Of a DNA stretch of 64,000 nucleotides, positions 1-14,600 are shown in pieces. How positions within the stretch are numbered: the first letter of the stretch is position 1; each line of letters begins with the position of its first letter. The position numbers and the translations under genes were made by a program. Below the pieces are notes generated by a model. The model was not told the DNA's origin, searched no databases, and was given only the letters and a program-made list of their open reading frames with translations. This stretch comes from Eledone cirrhosa (taxonomy: Eukaryota). The DNA is taken from the NCBI GenBank assembly GCA_964016885.1, contig CAXHJY010000530.1:4422-68421 (forward strand), in the 5' to 3' direction.

Positions 1-3000
1 ACTGGGAAGACTGGAACAGGTAGATCATACTAACAACTGGGAAGACTGGAACAGGTAGATGATACCAACAACTGCGAAGACTGGAACAGGTAGATGATAC
101 CAACAACTGGGAAGACTGGAACAGGTAGATGATACTAACAACTGGGAAGACTGGAACAGGTAGATGATACCAACAACTGGGAAGACTGGAACAGGTAGAT
201 GATACCAACAACTGGGAAGACTGGAACAGGTAGATGATACCAACAACTGGGAAGACTAGAACAGGTAGATGATACCAACAACTGGGAAGACTGGAACAGG
301 TAGATGATACTAACAACTGGGAAGACTGGAACAGGTAGAAGATACCAACAACTGGGAAGACTGGAACAGGTAGATGATACTAACAACTGGGAAGACTGGA
401 ACAGGTAGATGATACTAACAACTGGAAGACTGGAACAGGTAGAAGATACCAACAACTGGGAAGACTGGAACAGGTAGATGATACTAACAACTGGGAAGAC
501 TAGAACAGGTAGATGATACCAACAACTGGGAAGACTGGAACAGGTAGATGATACCAACAACTGGGAAGACTGGAACAGGTAGATGATACCAACAACTGGG
601 AAGACTGGAACAGGTAGATGATACCAACAACTGGGAAGACTGGAACAGGTAGATGATACTAACAACTGGAAGACTGGAACAGGTAGATGATACCAACAAC
701 TGGGAAGACTAGAACAGGTAGATGATACCAACAACTGGGAAGACTGGAACAGGTAGATGATACTAACAACTGGGAAGACTGGAACAGGTAGATGATACCA
801 ACAACTGGGAAGACTGGAACAGGTAGATGATACCAACAACTGGGAAGACTGGAACAGGTAGATGATACTAACAACTGGGAAGACTGGAACAGGTAGATGA
901 TACCAACAACTGGGAAGACTGGAACAGGTAGATGATACTAACAACTGGGAAGACTGGAACAGGTAGATGATACCAACAACTGGGAAGACTAGAACAGGTA
1001 GATGATACCAACAACTGGGAAGACTGGAACAGGTAGATGATACCAACAACTGGGAAGACTGGAACAGGTAGATGATACTAACAACTGGGAAGACTGGAAC
1101 AGGTAGATGATACTAACAACTGGGAAGACTGGAACAGGTAGATGATACTAACAACTGGGAAGACTGGAACAGGTAGATGATACCAATAACTGGGTAGACT
1201 GGAACAGGTAGATGATACTAACAACTGGGAAGACTGGAACAGGTAGATGATAACAACAACTGGGAAGACTGGAACAGGTAGATGATACTAACAACTGGGA
1301 AGACTAGAACAGGTAGATGATACCAACAACTGGGAAGACTGGAACAGGTAGATGATACTAACAACTGGGAAGACTGGAACAGGTAGATGATACCAACAAC
1401 TGGGAAGACTGGAACAGGTAGATGATACTAACAACTGGGAAGACTGGAACAGGTAGATGATACCAACAACTGGGAAGACTGGAACAGGTAGATGATACCA
1501 ACAACTGGGAAGACTGGAACAGGTAGATGATACTAACAACTGGGAAGACTGGAACAGGTAGATGATACTAACAACTGGGAAGACTGGAACAGGTAGATGA
1601 TACCAACAACTGGGAAGACTGGAACAGGTAGATGATACCAACAACTGGGAAGACTGGAACAGGTAGATGATACTAACAACTGGGAAGACTGGAACAGGTA
1701 GAAGATACCAACAACTGGGAAGACTGGAACAGGTAGATGATACTAACAACTGGGAAGACTGGAACAGGTAGATGATACCAACAACTGGGGAAGACTGGAA
1801 CAGGTAGATCATACTAACAACTGGGAAGACTGGAACAGGTAGATGATACCAACAACTGCGAAGACTGGAACAGGTAGATGATACCAACAACTGGGAAGAC
1901 TGGAACAGGTAGATGATACTAACAACTGGGAAGACTGGAACAGGTAGATGATACCAACAACTGGGAAGACTGGAACAGGTAGATGATACCAACAACTGGA
2001 AGACTGGAACAGGTAGATGATACCAACAACTGGGAAGACTGGAACAGGTAGATGATACCAACAACTGGGAAGACTGGAACAGGTAGATGATACTAACAAC
2101 TGGGAAGACTGGAACAGGTAGATGATACCAACAACTGGGAAGACTAGAACAGGTAGATGATACCAACAACTGGGGAGACTGGAACAGGTAGATGATACCA
2201 ACAACTGGGAAGACTGGAACAGGTAGATGATACCAATAACTGGGAAGACTGGAACAGGTAGATGATACTAACAACTGGGAAGACTGGAACAGGCAGATGA
2301 TACTACAACTGGGAAGACTGGAACAGGTAGAAGATACTAACAACTGGGAAGACTGGAACAGGTAGATGATACCAACAACTGGGTAGACTGGAACAGGTAG
2401 ATGATACTAAAAACTGGAAGACTGAAACAGGTAGATGATACTAACAACTGGGAAGACTGGAACGGGTAGATGATACTAACAACTGGAAGACTGGAACAGG
2501 TAGATGATACCAACAACTGGGAAGACTGGAACAGGTAGATGATACTAACAACTGGGAAGACTGGGAACAGGTAGATGATACCAACAACTGGAAGACTGGA
2601 ACAGGTAGATGATACTAACAACTGGGAAGACTGGAACAGGTAGATGATACCAACAACTGGGAAGACTGGAACAGGTAGATGATACAACAACTGGGAAGAC
2701 TGGAACAGGTAGATGATACTAACAACTGGGAAGACTGGAACAGGTAGATGATACCAACAACTGGGAAGACTGGAACAGGTAGATGATACCAACAACTGGG
2801 AAGACTGGAACAGGTAGATGATACCAACAACTGGGAAGACTGGAACAGGTAGATGATACCAATAACTGGGAAGACTGGAACAGGTAGATGATACTAACAA
2901 CTGGGAAGACTGGAACAGGCAGATGATACTAACAACTGGGAAGACTGGAACAGGTAGAAGATACTAACAACTGGGAAGACTGGAACAGGTAGATGATACC

Positions 3001-3599
3001 AACAACTGGGTAGACTGGAACAGGTAGATGATACTAAAAACTGGGAAGACTGAAACAGGTAGATGATACTAACAACTGGGAAGACTGGAACGGGTAGATG
3101 ATACTAACAACTGGGAAGACTGGAACAGGTAGATGATACCAACAACTGGGAAGACTGGAACAGGTAGATGATACTAACAACTGGGAAGACTGGAACAGGT
3201 AGATGATACCAACAACTGGGAAGACTGGAACAGGTAGATGATACTAACAACTGGGAAGACTGGAACAGGTAGATGATACCAACAACTGGGAAGACTGGAA
3301 CAGGTAGATGATACCAACAACTGGGAAGACTGGAACAGGTAGATGATACTAACAACTGGGAAGACTGGAACAGGTAGATGATACCAACAACTGGGAAGAC
3401 TGGAACAGGTAGATGATACCAACAACTGGGAAGACTGGAACAGGTAGATGATACCAACAACTGGGAAGACTGGAACAGGTAGATGATACCAACAACTGGG
3501 AAGACTGGAACAGGTAGATGATACCAACAACTGGGAAGACTGGAACAGGTAGATGATACCAACAACTGGGAAGACTGGAACAGGTAGATGATACCAATA

Positions 3600-6500
3600 A
3601 CTGGGAAGACTGAAACAGGCAGATGATACTAACAACTGGGAAGACTGGAACAGGCAGATGATACTAACAACTGGGAAGACTGGAACAGGTAGAAGATACT
3701 AACAACTGGGAAGACTGGAACAGGTAGATGATACCAACAACTGGGTAGACTGGAACGGGTAGATGATACTAACAACTGGGAAGACTGAAACAGGTAGATG
3801 ATAATAACAACTGGGAAGACTGAAACAGGTAAATGATACCAACAACTGGGAAGACTGGAACAGTCAGATGATACTAACAACTGGGAAGACTGGAACAGGT
3901 TGATGATACTAACAACTGGGAAGACTGGAACAGGTAGATGATACCAATAACTGGGAAGACTGGAACAGGTAGATGATACTAACAACTGGGAAGACTGGAA
4001 CAGGTAGATGATACCAACAACTGGGAAGACTGGAACAGGTAGATGATACTAACAACTGGGAAGACTGGAACAGGTAGATGATACCAACAACTGGGAAGAC
4101 TGGAACAGGTAGATGATACTAACAACTGGGAAGACTGGAACAGGTAGATGATACCAACAATTGGGAAGACTGGAACAGGTAGATGATACTAACAACTGGG
4201 AAGACTGGAACAGGTAGATGATACCAACAACTGGGAAGACTGGAACAGGTAGATGATACCAACAACTGGGAAGACTGGAACAGGTAGATGATACTAACAA
4301 CTGGGAAGACTGGAACAGGTAGATGATACCAACAACTGGGAAGGCTGGAACAGGTAGATGATACCAACAACTGGGAAGACTGGAACAGGTAGATGATACC
4401 AACAACTGGGAAGACTGGAACAGGTAGATGATACCAACAACTGGGAAGACTGGAACAGGTAGATGATAACAACAACTGGGAAGACTGGAACAGGTAGATG
4501 ATACTAACAACTGGGAAGACTGGAACAGGTAGATGATACCAACAACTGGGAAGACTGGAACAGGTAGATGATACTAACAACTGGGAAGACTGGAACAGGT
4601 AGATGATACTAACAACTGGGAAGACTGCAACAGGTAAATGATACTAACAACTGGGAAGACTGGAACAGGTAGATGATACCAATAACTGGGTAGACTGGAA
4701 CAGGTAGATGATACTAACAACTGGGAAGACTGGAACAGGTAGATGATAACAACAACTGGGAAGACTGGAACAGGTAGATGATACTAACAACTGGGAAGAC
4801 TGGAACAGGTAGATGATACCAACAACTGGGAAGACTGGAACAGGTAGATGATACTAACAACTGGGAAGACTGGAACAGGTAGATGATACTAACAACTGGG
4901 AAGACTGCAACAGGTAGATGATACTAACAACTGGGAAGACTGGAACAGGTAGATGATACCAATAACTGGGTAGACTGGAACAGGTAGATGATACTAACAA
5001 CTGGGAAGACTGGAACAGGTAGATGATAACAACAACTGGGAAGACTGGAACAGGTAGATGATACTAACAACTGGGCAGACTGGAACAGGTAGATGATACC
5101 AACAACTGGGAAGACTGGAACAAGTAGATGATACTAACAACTGGGAAGACTGGAACAGGTAGATGATACCAACAACTGGGAAGACTGGAACAGGTAGATG
5201 ATACCAACAACTGGGAAGACTGGAACAGGTAGATGATACCAACAACTGGGAAGACTAGAACAGGTAGATGATACTAACAACTGGGAAGACTGGAACAGGT
5301 AGAAGATACCAACAACTGGGAAGACTGGAACAGGTAGATGATACTAACAACTGGGAAGACTGGAACAGGTAGATGATACTAACAACTGGGAAGACTGGAA
5401 CAGGTAGATGATACCAACAACTGGGAAGACTGGAACAGGTAGATGATACCAACAACTGGGAAGACTGGAACAGGTAGATGATACTAACAACTGGGAAGAC
5501 TGGAACAGGTAGAAGATACCAACAACTGGGAAGACTGGAACAGGTAGATGATACTAACACCTGGGAAGACTGGAACAGGTAGATGATACCAACAACTGGG
5601 AAGACTGGAACAGGTAGATCATACTATCAACTGGGAAGACTGGAACAGGTAGATGATACTAACAACTGGGAAGACTGGAACAGGTAGATGATACCAATAA
5701 CTGGGTAGACTGGAACAGGTAGATGATACTAACAACTGGGAAGACTGGAACAGGTAGATGATAACAACAACTGGGAAGACTGGAACAGGTAGATGATACT
5801 AACAACTGGGAAGACTGGAACAGGTAGATGATACCAACAACTGGGAAGACTGGAACAGGTAGATGATACTAACAACTGGGAAGACTGGAACAGGTAGATG
5901 ATACCAACAACTGGGAAGACTGGAACAGGTAGATGATACCAACAACTGGGAAGACTGGAACAGGTAGATGATACCAACAACTGGGAAGACTAGAACAGGT
6001 AGATGATACTAACAACTGGGAAGACTGGAACAGGTAGAAGATACCAACAACTGGGAAGACTGGAACAGGTAGATGATACTAACAACTGGGAAGACTGGAA
6101 CAGGTAGATGATACCAACAACTGGGAAGACTGGAACAGGTAGATGATACCAACAACTGGGAAGACTGGAACAGGTAGATGATACTAACAACTGGGAAGAC
6201 TGGAACAGGTAGAAGATACCAACAACTGGGAAGACTGGAACAGGTAGATGATACTAACAACTGGGAAGACTGGAACAGGTAGATGATACCAACAACTGGG
6301 AAGACTGGAACAGGTAGATCATACTAACAACTGGGAAGACTGGAACAGGTAGATGATACCAACAACTGCGAAGACTAGAACAGGTAGATGATACCAACAA
6401 CTGGGAAGACTGGAACAGGTAGATGATACTAACAACTGGGAAGACTGGAACAGGTAGATGATACCAACAACTGGGAAGACTGGAACAGGTAGATGATACC

Positions 6501-9500
6501 AACAACTGGGAAGACTGGAACAGGTAGATGATACCAACAACTGGGAAGACTGGAACAGGTAGATGATACCAACAACTGGGAAGACTGGAACAGGTAGATG
6601 ATACTAACAACTGGGAAGACTGGAACAGGTAGATGATACCAACAACTGGGAAGACTAGAACAGGTAGATGATACCAACAACTGGGAAGACTGGAACAGGT
6701 AGATGATACCAACAACTGGGAAGACTGGAACAGGTAGATGATACCAATAACTGGGAAGACTGGAACAGGTAGATGATACTAACAACTGGGAAGACTGGAA
6801 CAGGCAGATGATACTAACAACTGGGAAGACTGGAACAGGTAGAAGATACTAACAACTGGGAAGACTGGAACAGGTAGATGATACCAACAACTGGGTAGAC
6901 TGGAACGGGTAGATGATACTAACAACTGGGAAGACTGGAACAGGTAGATGATACCAACAACTGGGAAGACTGGAACAGGTAGATGATACTAACAACTGGG
7001 AAGACTGGAACAGGTAGATGATACCAACAACTGGGAAGACTGGAACAGGTAGATGATACCAACAACTGGGAAGACTGGAACAGGTAGATGATACTAACAA
7101 CTGGGAAGACTGGAACAGGTAGATGATACCAACAACTGGGAAGACTGGAACAGGTAGATGATACCAACAACTGGGAAGACTGGAACAGGTAGATGATACC
7201 AACAACTGGGAAGACTGGAACAGGTAGATGATACCAACAACTGGGAAGACTGGAACAGGTAGATGATACTAACAACTGGGAAGACTGGAACAGGTAGATG
7301 ATACCAACAACTGGGAAGACTGGAACAGGTAGATGATACCAACAACTGGGAAGACTGGAACAGGTAGATGATACCAACAACTGGGAAGACTGGAACAGGT
7401 AGATGATACCAATAACTGGGAAGACTGAAACAGGCAGATGATACTAACAACTGGGAAGACTGGAACAGGCAGATGATACTAACAACTGGGAAGACTGGAA
7501 CAGGTAGAAGATACTAACAACTGGGAAGACTGGAACAGGTAGATGATACCAACAACTGGGTAGACTGGAACGGGTAGATGATACTAACAACTGGGAAGAC
7601 GGAAACAGGTAGATGATAATAACAACTGGGAAGACTGAAACAGGTAAATGATACTAACAACTGGGAAGACTGGAACAGGTAGATGATACTAACAACTGGG
7701 AAGACTGGAACAGGTTGATGATACTAACAACTGGGAAGAATGGAACAGGTAGATGATACCAATAACTGGGAAGACTGGAACAGGTAGATGATACTAACAA
7801 CTGGGAAGACTGGAACAGGTAGATGATACCAACAACTGGGAAGACTGGAACAGGTAGATGATACTAACAACTGGGAAGACTGGAACAGGTAGATGATACC
7901 AACAACTGGGAAGACTGGAACAGGTAGATGATACTAACAACTGGGAAGACTGGAACAGGTAGATGATACCAACAATTGGGAAGACTGGAACAGGTAGATG
8001 ATACTAACAACTGGGAAGACTGGAACAGGTAGATGATACCAACAACTGGGAAGACTGGAACAGGTAGATGATACCAACAACTGGGAAGACTGGAACAGGT
8101 AGATGATACTAACAACTGGGAAGACTGGAACAGGTAGATGATACCAACAACTGGGAAGACTGGAACAGGTAGATGATACCAACAACTGGGAAGACTGGAA
8201 CAGGTAGATGATACCAACAACTGGGAAGACTGGAACAGGTAGATGATACCAACAACTGGGAAGACTGGAACAGGTAGATGATACCAACAACTGGGAAGAC
8301 TGGAACAGGTAGATGATAACAACAACTGGGAAGACTGGAACAGGTAGATGATACTAACAACTGGGAAGACTGGAACAGGTAGATGATACCAACAACTGGG
8401 AAGACTGGAACAGGTAGATGATACTAACAACTGGGAAGACTGGAACAGGTAGATGATACTAACAACTGGGAAGACTGCAACAGGTAGATGATACTAACAA
8501 CTGGGAAGACTGGAACAGGTAGATGATACCAATAACTGGGTAGACTGGAACAGGTAGATGATACTAACAACTGGGAAGACTGGAACAGGTAGATGATAAC
8601 AACAACTGGGAAGACTGGAACAGGTAGATGATACTAACAACTGGGAAGACTGGAACAGGTAGATGATACCAACAACTGGGAAGACTGGAACAGGTAGATG
8701 ATACTAACAACTGGGAAGACTGGAACAGGTAGATGATACTAACAACTGGGAAGACTGCAACAGGTAGATGATACTAACAACTGGGAAGACTGGAACAGGT
8801 AGATGATACCAATAACTGGGTAGACTGGAACAGGTAGATGATACTAACAACTGGGAAGACTGGAACAGGTAGATGATAACAACAACTGGGAAGACTGGAA
8901 CAGGTAGATGATACTAACAACTGGGCAGACTGGAACAGGTAGATGATACCAACAACTGGGAAGACTGGAACAGGTAGATGATACTAACAACTGGGAAGAC
9001 TGGAACAGGTAGATGATACCAACAACTGGGAAGACTGGAACAGGTAGATGATACCAACAACTGGGAAGACTGGAACAGGTAGATGATACCAACAACTGGG
9101 AAGACTAGAACAGGTAGATGATACTAACAACTGGGAAGACTGGAACAGGTAGAAGATACCAACAACTGGGAAGACTGGAACAGGTAGATGATACTAACAA
9201 CTGGGAAGACTGGAACAGGTAGATGATACTAACAACTGGGAAGACTGGAACAGGTAGATGATACCAACAACTGGGAAGACTGGAACAGGTAGATGATACC
9301 AACAACTGGGAAGACTGGAACAGGTAGATGATACTAACAACTGGGAAGACTGGAACAGGTAGAAGATACCAACAACTGGGAAGACTGGAACAGGTAGATG
9401 ATACTAACAACTGGGAAGACTGGAACAGGTAGATGATACCAACAACTGGGAAGACTGGAACAGGTAGATCATACTAACAACTGGGAAGACTGGAACAGGT

Positions 9501-11200
9501 AGATGATACTAACAACTGGGAAGACTGGAACAGGTAGATGATACCAATAACTGGGTAGACTGGAACAGGTAGATGATACTAACAACTGGGAAGACTGGAA
9601 CAGGTAGATGATAACAACAACTGGGAAGACTGGAACAGGTAGATGATACTAACAACTGGGAAGACTGGAACAGGTAGATGATACCAACAACTGGGAAGAC
9701 TGGAACAGGTAGATGATACTAACAACTGGGAAGACTAGAACAGGTAGATGATACTAACAACTGGGAAGACTGGAACAGGTAGAAGATACCAACAACTGGG
9801 AAGACTGGAACAGGTAGATGATACTAACAACTGGGAAGACTGGAACAGGTAGATGATACTAACAACTGGGAAGACTGGAACAGGTAGATGATACCAACAA
9901 CTGGGAAGACTGGAACAGGTAGATGATACCAACAACTGGGAAGACTGGAACAGGTAGATGATACTAACAACTGGGAAGACTGGAACAGGTAGAAGATACC
10001 AACAACTGGGAAGACTGGAACAGGTAGATGATACTAACAACTGGGAAGACTGGAACAGGTAGATGATACCAACAACTGGGAAGACTGGAACAGGTAGATC
10101 ATACTAACAACTGGGAAGACTGGAACAGGTAGATGATACCAACAACTGCGAAGACTAGAACAGGTAGATGATACCAACAACTGGGAAGACTGGAACAGGT
10201 AGATGATACTAACAACTGGGAAGACTGGAACAGGTAGATGATACCAACAACTGGGAAGACTGGAACAGGTAGATGATACCAACAACTGGGAAGACTGGAA
10301 CAGGTAGATGATACCAACAACTGGGAAGACTGGAACAGGTAGATGATACCAACAACTGGGAAGACTGGAACAGGTAGATGATACTAACAACTGGGAAGAC
10401 TGGAACAGGTAGATGATACCAACAACTGGGAAGACTAGAACAGGTAGATGATACCAACAACTGGGAAGACTGGAACAGATAGATGATACCAACAACTGGG
10501 AAGACTGGAACAGGTAGATGATACCAATAACTGGGAAGACTGGAACAGGTAGATGATACTAACAACTGGGAAGACTGGAACAGGCAGATGATACTAACAA
10601 CTGGGAAGACTGGAACAGGTAGAAGATACTAACAACTGGGAAGACTGGAACAGGTAGATGATACCAACAACTGGGTAGACTGGAACGGGTAGATGATACT
10701 AACAACTGGGAAGACTGAAACAGGTAGATGATAATAACAACTGGGAAGACTGAAACAGGTAAATGATACTAACAACTGGGAAGACTGGAACAGGTAGATG
10801 ATACTAACAACTGGGAAGACTGGAACAGGTTGATGATACTAACAACTGGGAAGACTGGAACAGGTAGATGATACCAATAACTGGGAAGACTGGAACAGGT
10901 AGATGATACTAACAACTGGGAAGACTGGAACAGGTAGATGATACCAACAACTGGGAAGACTGGAACAGGTAGATGATACTAACAACTGGGAAGACTGGAA
11001 CAGGTAGATGATACTAACAACTGGGAAGACTGGAACAGGTAGATGATACCAACAATTGGGAAGACTGGAACAGGTAGATGATACTAACAACTGGGAAGAC
11101 TGGAACAGGTAGATGATACCAACAACTGGGAAGACTGGAACAGGTAGATGATACCAACAACTGGGAAGACTGGAACAGGTAGATGATACTAACAACTGGG
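3600..11200. repeat. ~3.8-kb higher-order tandem duplication (108-110 monomers, about two copies); repeated in copy B at ~35.2-42.8 kb
   Basis: aagactgcaa at 4621/4901 vs 8471/8751 and ctgggcagac at 5071 vs 8921 (+3,850). ctgcgaagactagaa at ~6366 vs ~10146 (+3,780). ORFs 4049/7864 (+3,815). Confidence 0.85.
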
Positions 11201-11699
11201 AAGACTGGAACAGGTAGATGATACCAACAACTGGGAAGACTGGAACAGGTAGATGATACCAACAACTGGGAAGACTGGAACAGGTAGATGATACCAACAA
11301 CTGGGAAGACTGGAACAGGTAGATGATACCAACAACTGGGAAGACTGGAACAGGTAGATGATACCAACAACTGGGAAGACTGGAACAGGTAGATGATACC
11401 AACAACTGGGAAGACTGGAACAGGTAGATGATACTAACAACTGGGAAGACTGGAACAGGTAGATGATACCAACAACTGGGAAGACTGGAACAGGTAGATG
11501 ATACCAACAACTGGGAAGACTGGAACAGGTAGATGATACCAACAACTGGGAAGACTGGAACAGGTAGATGATACCAACAACTGGGAAGACTGGAACAGGT
11601 AGATGATACCAACAACTGGGAAGACTGGAACAGGTAGATGATACTAACAACTGGGAAGACTGGAACAGGTAGATGATACCAACAACTGGGAAGACTGGA

Positions 11700-14600
11700 A
11701 CAGGTAGATGATACCAACAACTGGGAAGACGGGAACAGGTAGATGATACCAATAACTGGGAAGACTGGAACAGGTAGATGATACCAATAACTGGGAAGAC
11801 TGGAACAGGTAGATGATACTAACAACTGGGAAGACTGGAACAGGCAGATGATGCTAAAAACTGGGAAGACTGGAACAGGTAGAAGATACTAACAACTGGG
11901 AAGACTGGAACAGGTAGATGATACCAACAACTTGGTAGACTGGAACAGGTAGATGATACTAACAACTGGGAAGACTGAAACAGGTAGATGATAATAACAA
12001 CTGGGAAGACTGAAACAGGTAAATGATACTAACAACTGGGAAGACTGGAACAGGTAGATGATACTAACAACTGGGAAGACTGGAACAGGTAGATGATTCT
12101 AACAACTGGGAAGACTGGAACAGGTAGATGATACCAATAACTTGGTAGACTGGAACAGGTAGATGATACTAACAACTGGGAAGACTGGAACAGGTAGATG
12201 ATAACAACAACTGGGAAGACTGGAACAGGTAGATGATACTAACAACTGGGAAGACTGGAACAGGTAGATGATACCAACAACTGGGAAGACTGGAACAGGT
12301 AAATGATACTAACAACTGGGAAGACTGGAACAGGTAGAAGATACCAACAACTGGGAAGACTGGAACAGGTAGATGATACTAACAACTGGGAAGACTGGAA
12401 CAGGTAGATGATACTAACAACTGGGAAGACTGGAAGAGGTAGATGATACCAACAACTGGGAAGACTGGAACAGGTAGATGATACCAACAACTGGGAAGAC
12501 TAGAACAGGTAGATGATACTAACAACTGGGAAGACTGGAACAGGTAGAAGATACCAACAACTGGGAAGACTGGAACAGGTAGATGATACTAACAACTGGG
12601 AAGACTGGAACAGGTAGATGATACTAACAATTGGGAAGACTGGAACAGGTAGATGATACTAACAACTGGGAAGACTGGAACAGGTAGATGATACCAACAA
12701 CTGGGAAGACTGGAACAGGTAGATGATACCAACAACTGGGAAGACTGGAACAGGTAGATGATACCAACAACTGGGAAGACTGGAACAGGTAGATGATACC
12801 AACAACTGGGAAGACTGGAACAGGTAGATGATACCAATAACTGGGAAGACTGGAACAGGTAGATGATACTAACAACTGGGAAGACTGGAACAGGCAGATG
12901 ATACTAACAACTGGGAAGACTGGAACAGGTAGAAGATACTAACAACTGGGAAGACTGGAACAGGTAGATGATACTAACAACTGGGAAGACTGAAACAGGT
13001 AGATGATACCAACCACTGGGAAGACTGGAACAGGTAGATGATACCAACAACTGGGAAGACTGGAACAGGTAGATGATACTAACAACTGGGAAGACTGGAA
13101 CAGGTAGATGATACTAACAACTGGGAAGACTGGAACAGGTAGATGATACCAACAACTGGGAAGGCTGAAACAGGTAGATGATAATAACAACTGGGAAGAC
13201 TGAAACAGGTAAATGATACTAACAACTGGGAAGACTGGAACAGGTAGATGATACTAACAACTGGGAAGACTGGAACAGGTAGATGATACTAACAACTGGG
13301 AAGACTGGAACAGGTAGATGATACTAACAACTGGGAAGACTGGAACAGGTAGATGATACCAATAACTGGGTAGACTGGAACAGGTAGATGATACTAACAA
13401 CTGGGAAGACTGGAACAGGTAGATGATAACAACAACTGGGAAGACTGGAACAGGTAGATGATACTAACAACTGGGAAGACTGGAACAGGTAGATGATACC
13501 AACAACTGGGAAGACTGGAACAGGTAGATGATACTAACAACTGGGAAGACTGGAACAGGTAGAAGATACCAACAACTGGGAAGACTGGAACAGGTAGATG
13601 ATACCAACAACTGGGAAGACTGGAACAGATAGATGATACTAACAACTGGGAAGACTGGAACAGGTAGAAGATACCAACAACTGGGAAGACTGGAACAGGT
13701 AGATGATACTAATAACTGGGAAGACTGGAACAGGTAGATGATACCAACAACTGGGAAGACTGGAACAGGTAGATCATACTAACAACTGGGAAGACTGGAA
13801 CAGGTAGATGATACCAACAACTGGGAAGACTGGAACAGGTAGATGATACCAACAACTGGGAAGACTGGAACAGGTAGATGATACCAACAACTGGGAAGAC
13901 TGGAACAGGTAGATGATACCAACAACTGGGAAGACTGGAACAGGTAGATGATACCAACAACTGGGAAGACTGGAACAGGTAGATGATACTAACAACTGGG
14001 AAGACTGGAACAGGTAGATGATACCAACAACTGGGAAGACTGGAACAGGTAGATAATACCAACAACTGGGAAGACTGGAACAGGTAGATGATACCAACAA
14101 CTGGGAAGACTGGAACAGGTAGATGATACCAACAACTGGGAAGACTGGAACAGGTAGATGATACCAACAACTGGGAAGACTGGAACAGGTAGATGATACC
14201 AACAACTGGGAAGACTGGAACAGGTAGATGATACCAACAACTGGGAAGACTGGAACAGGTAGATGATACTAACAACTGGGAAGACTGGAACAGGTAGATG
14301 ATACCAACAACTGGGAAGACTGGAACAGGTAGATAATACCAACAACTGGGAAGACTGGAACAGGTAGATAATACCAACAACTGGGAAGACTGGAACAGGT
14401 AGATGATACCAACAACTGGGAAGACTGGAACAGGTAGATGATACCAACAACTGGGAAGACTGGAACAGGTAGATGATACCAACAACTGGGAAGACTGGAA
14501 CAGGTAGATGATACCAACAACTGGGAAGACTGGAACAGGTAGATGATACCAACAACTGGGAAGACTGGAACAGGTAGATGATACTAACAACTTGGAAGAC

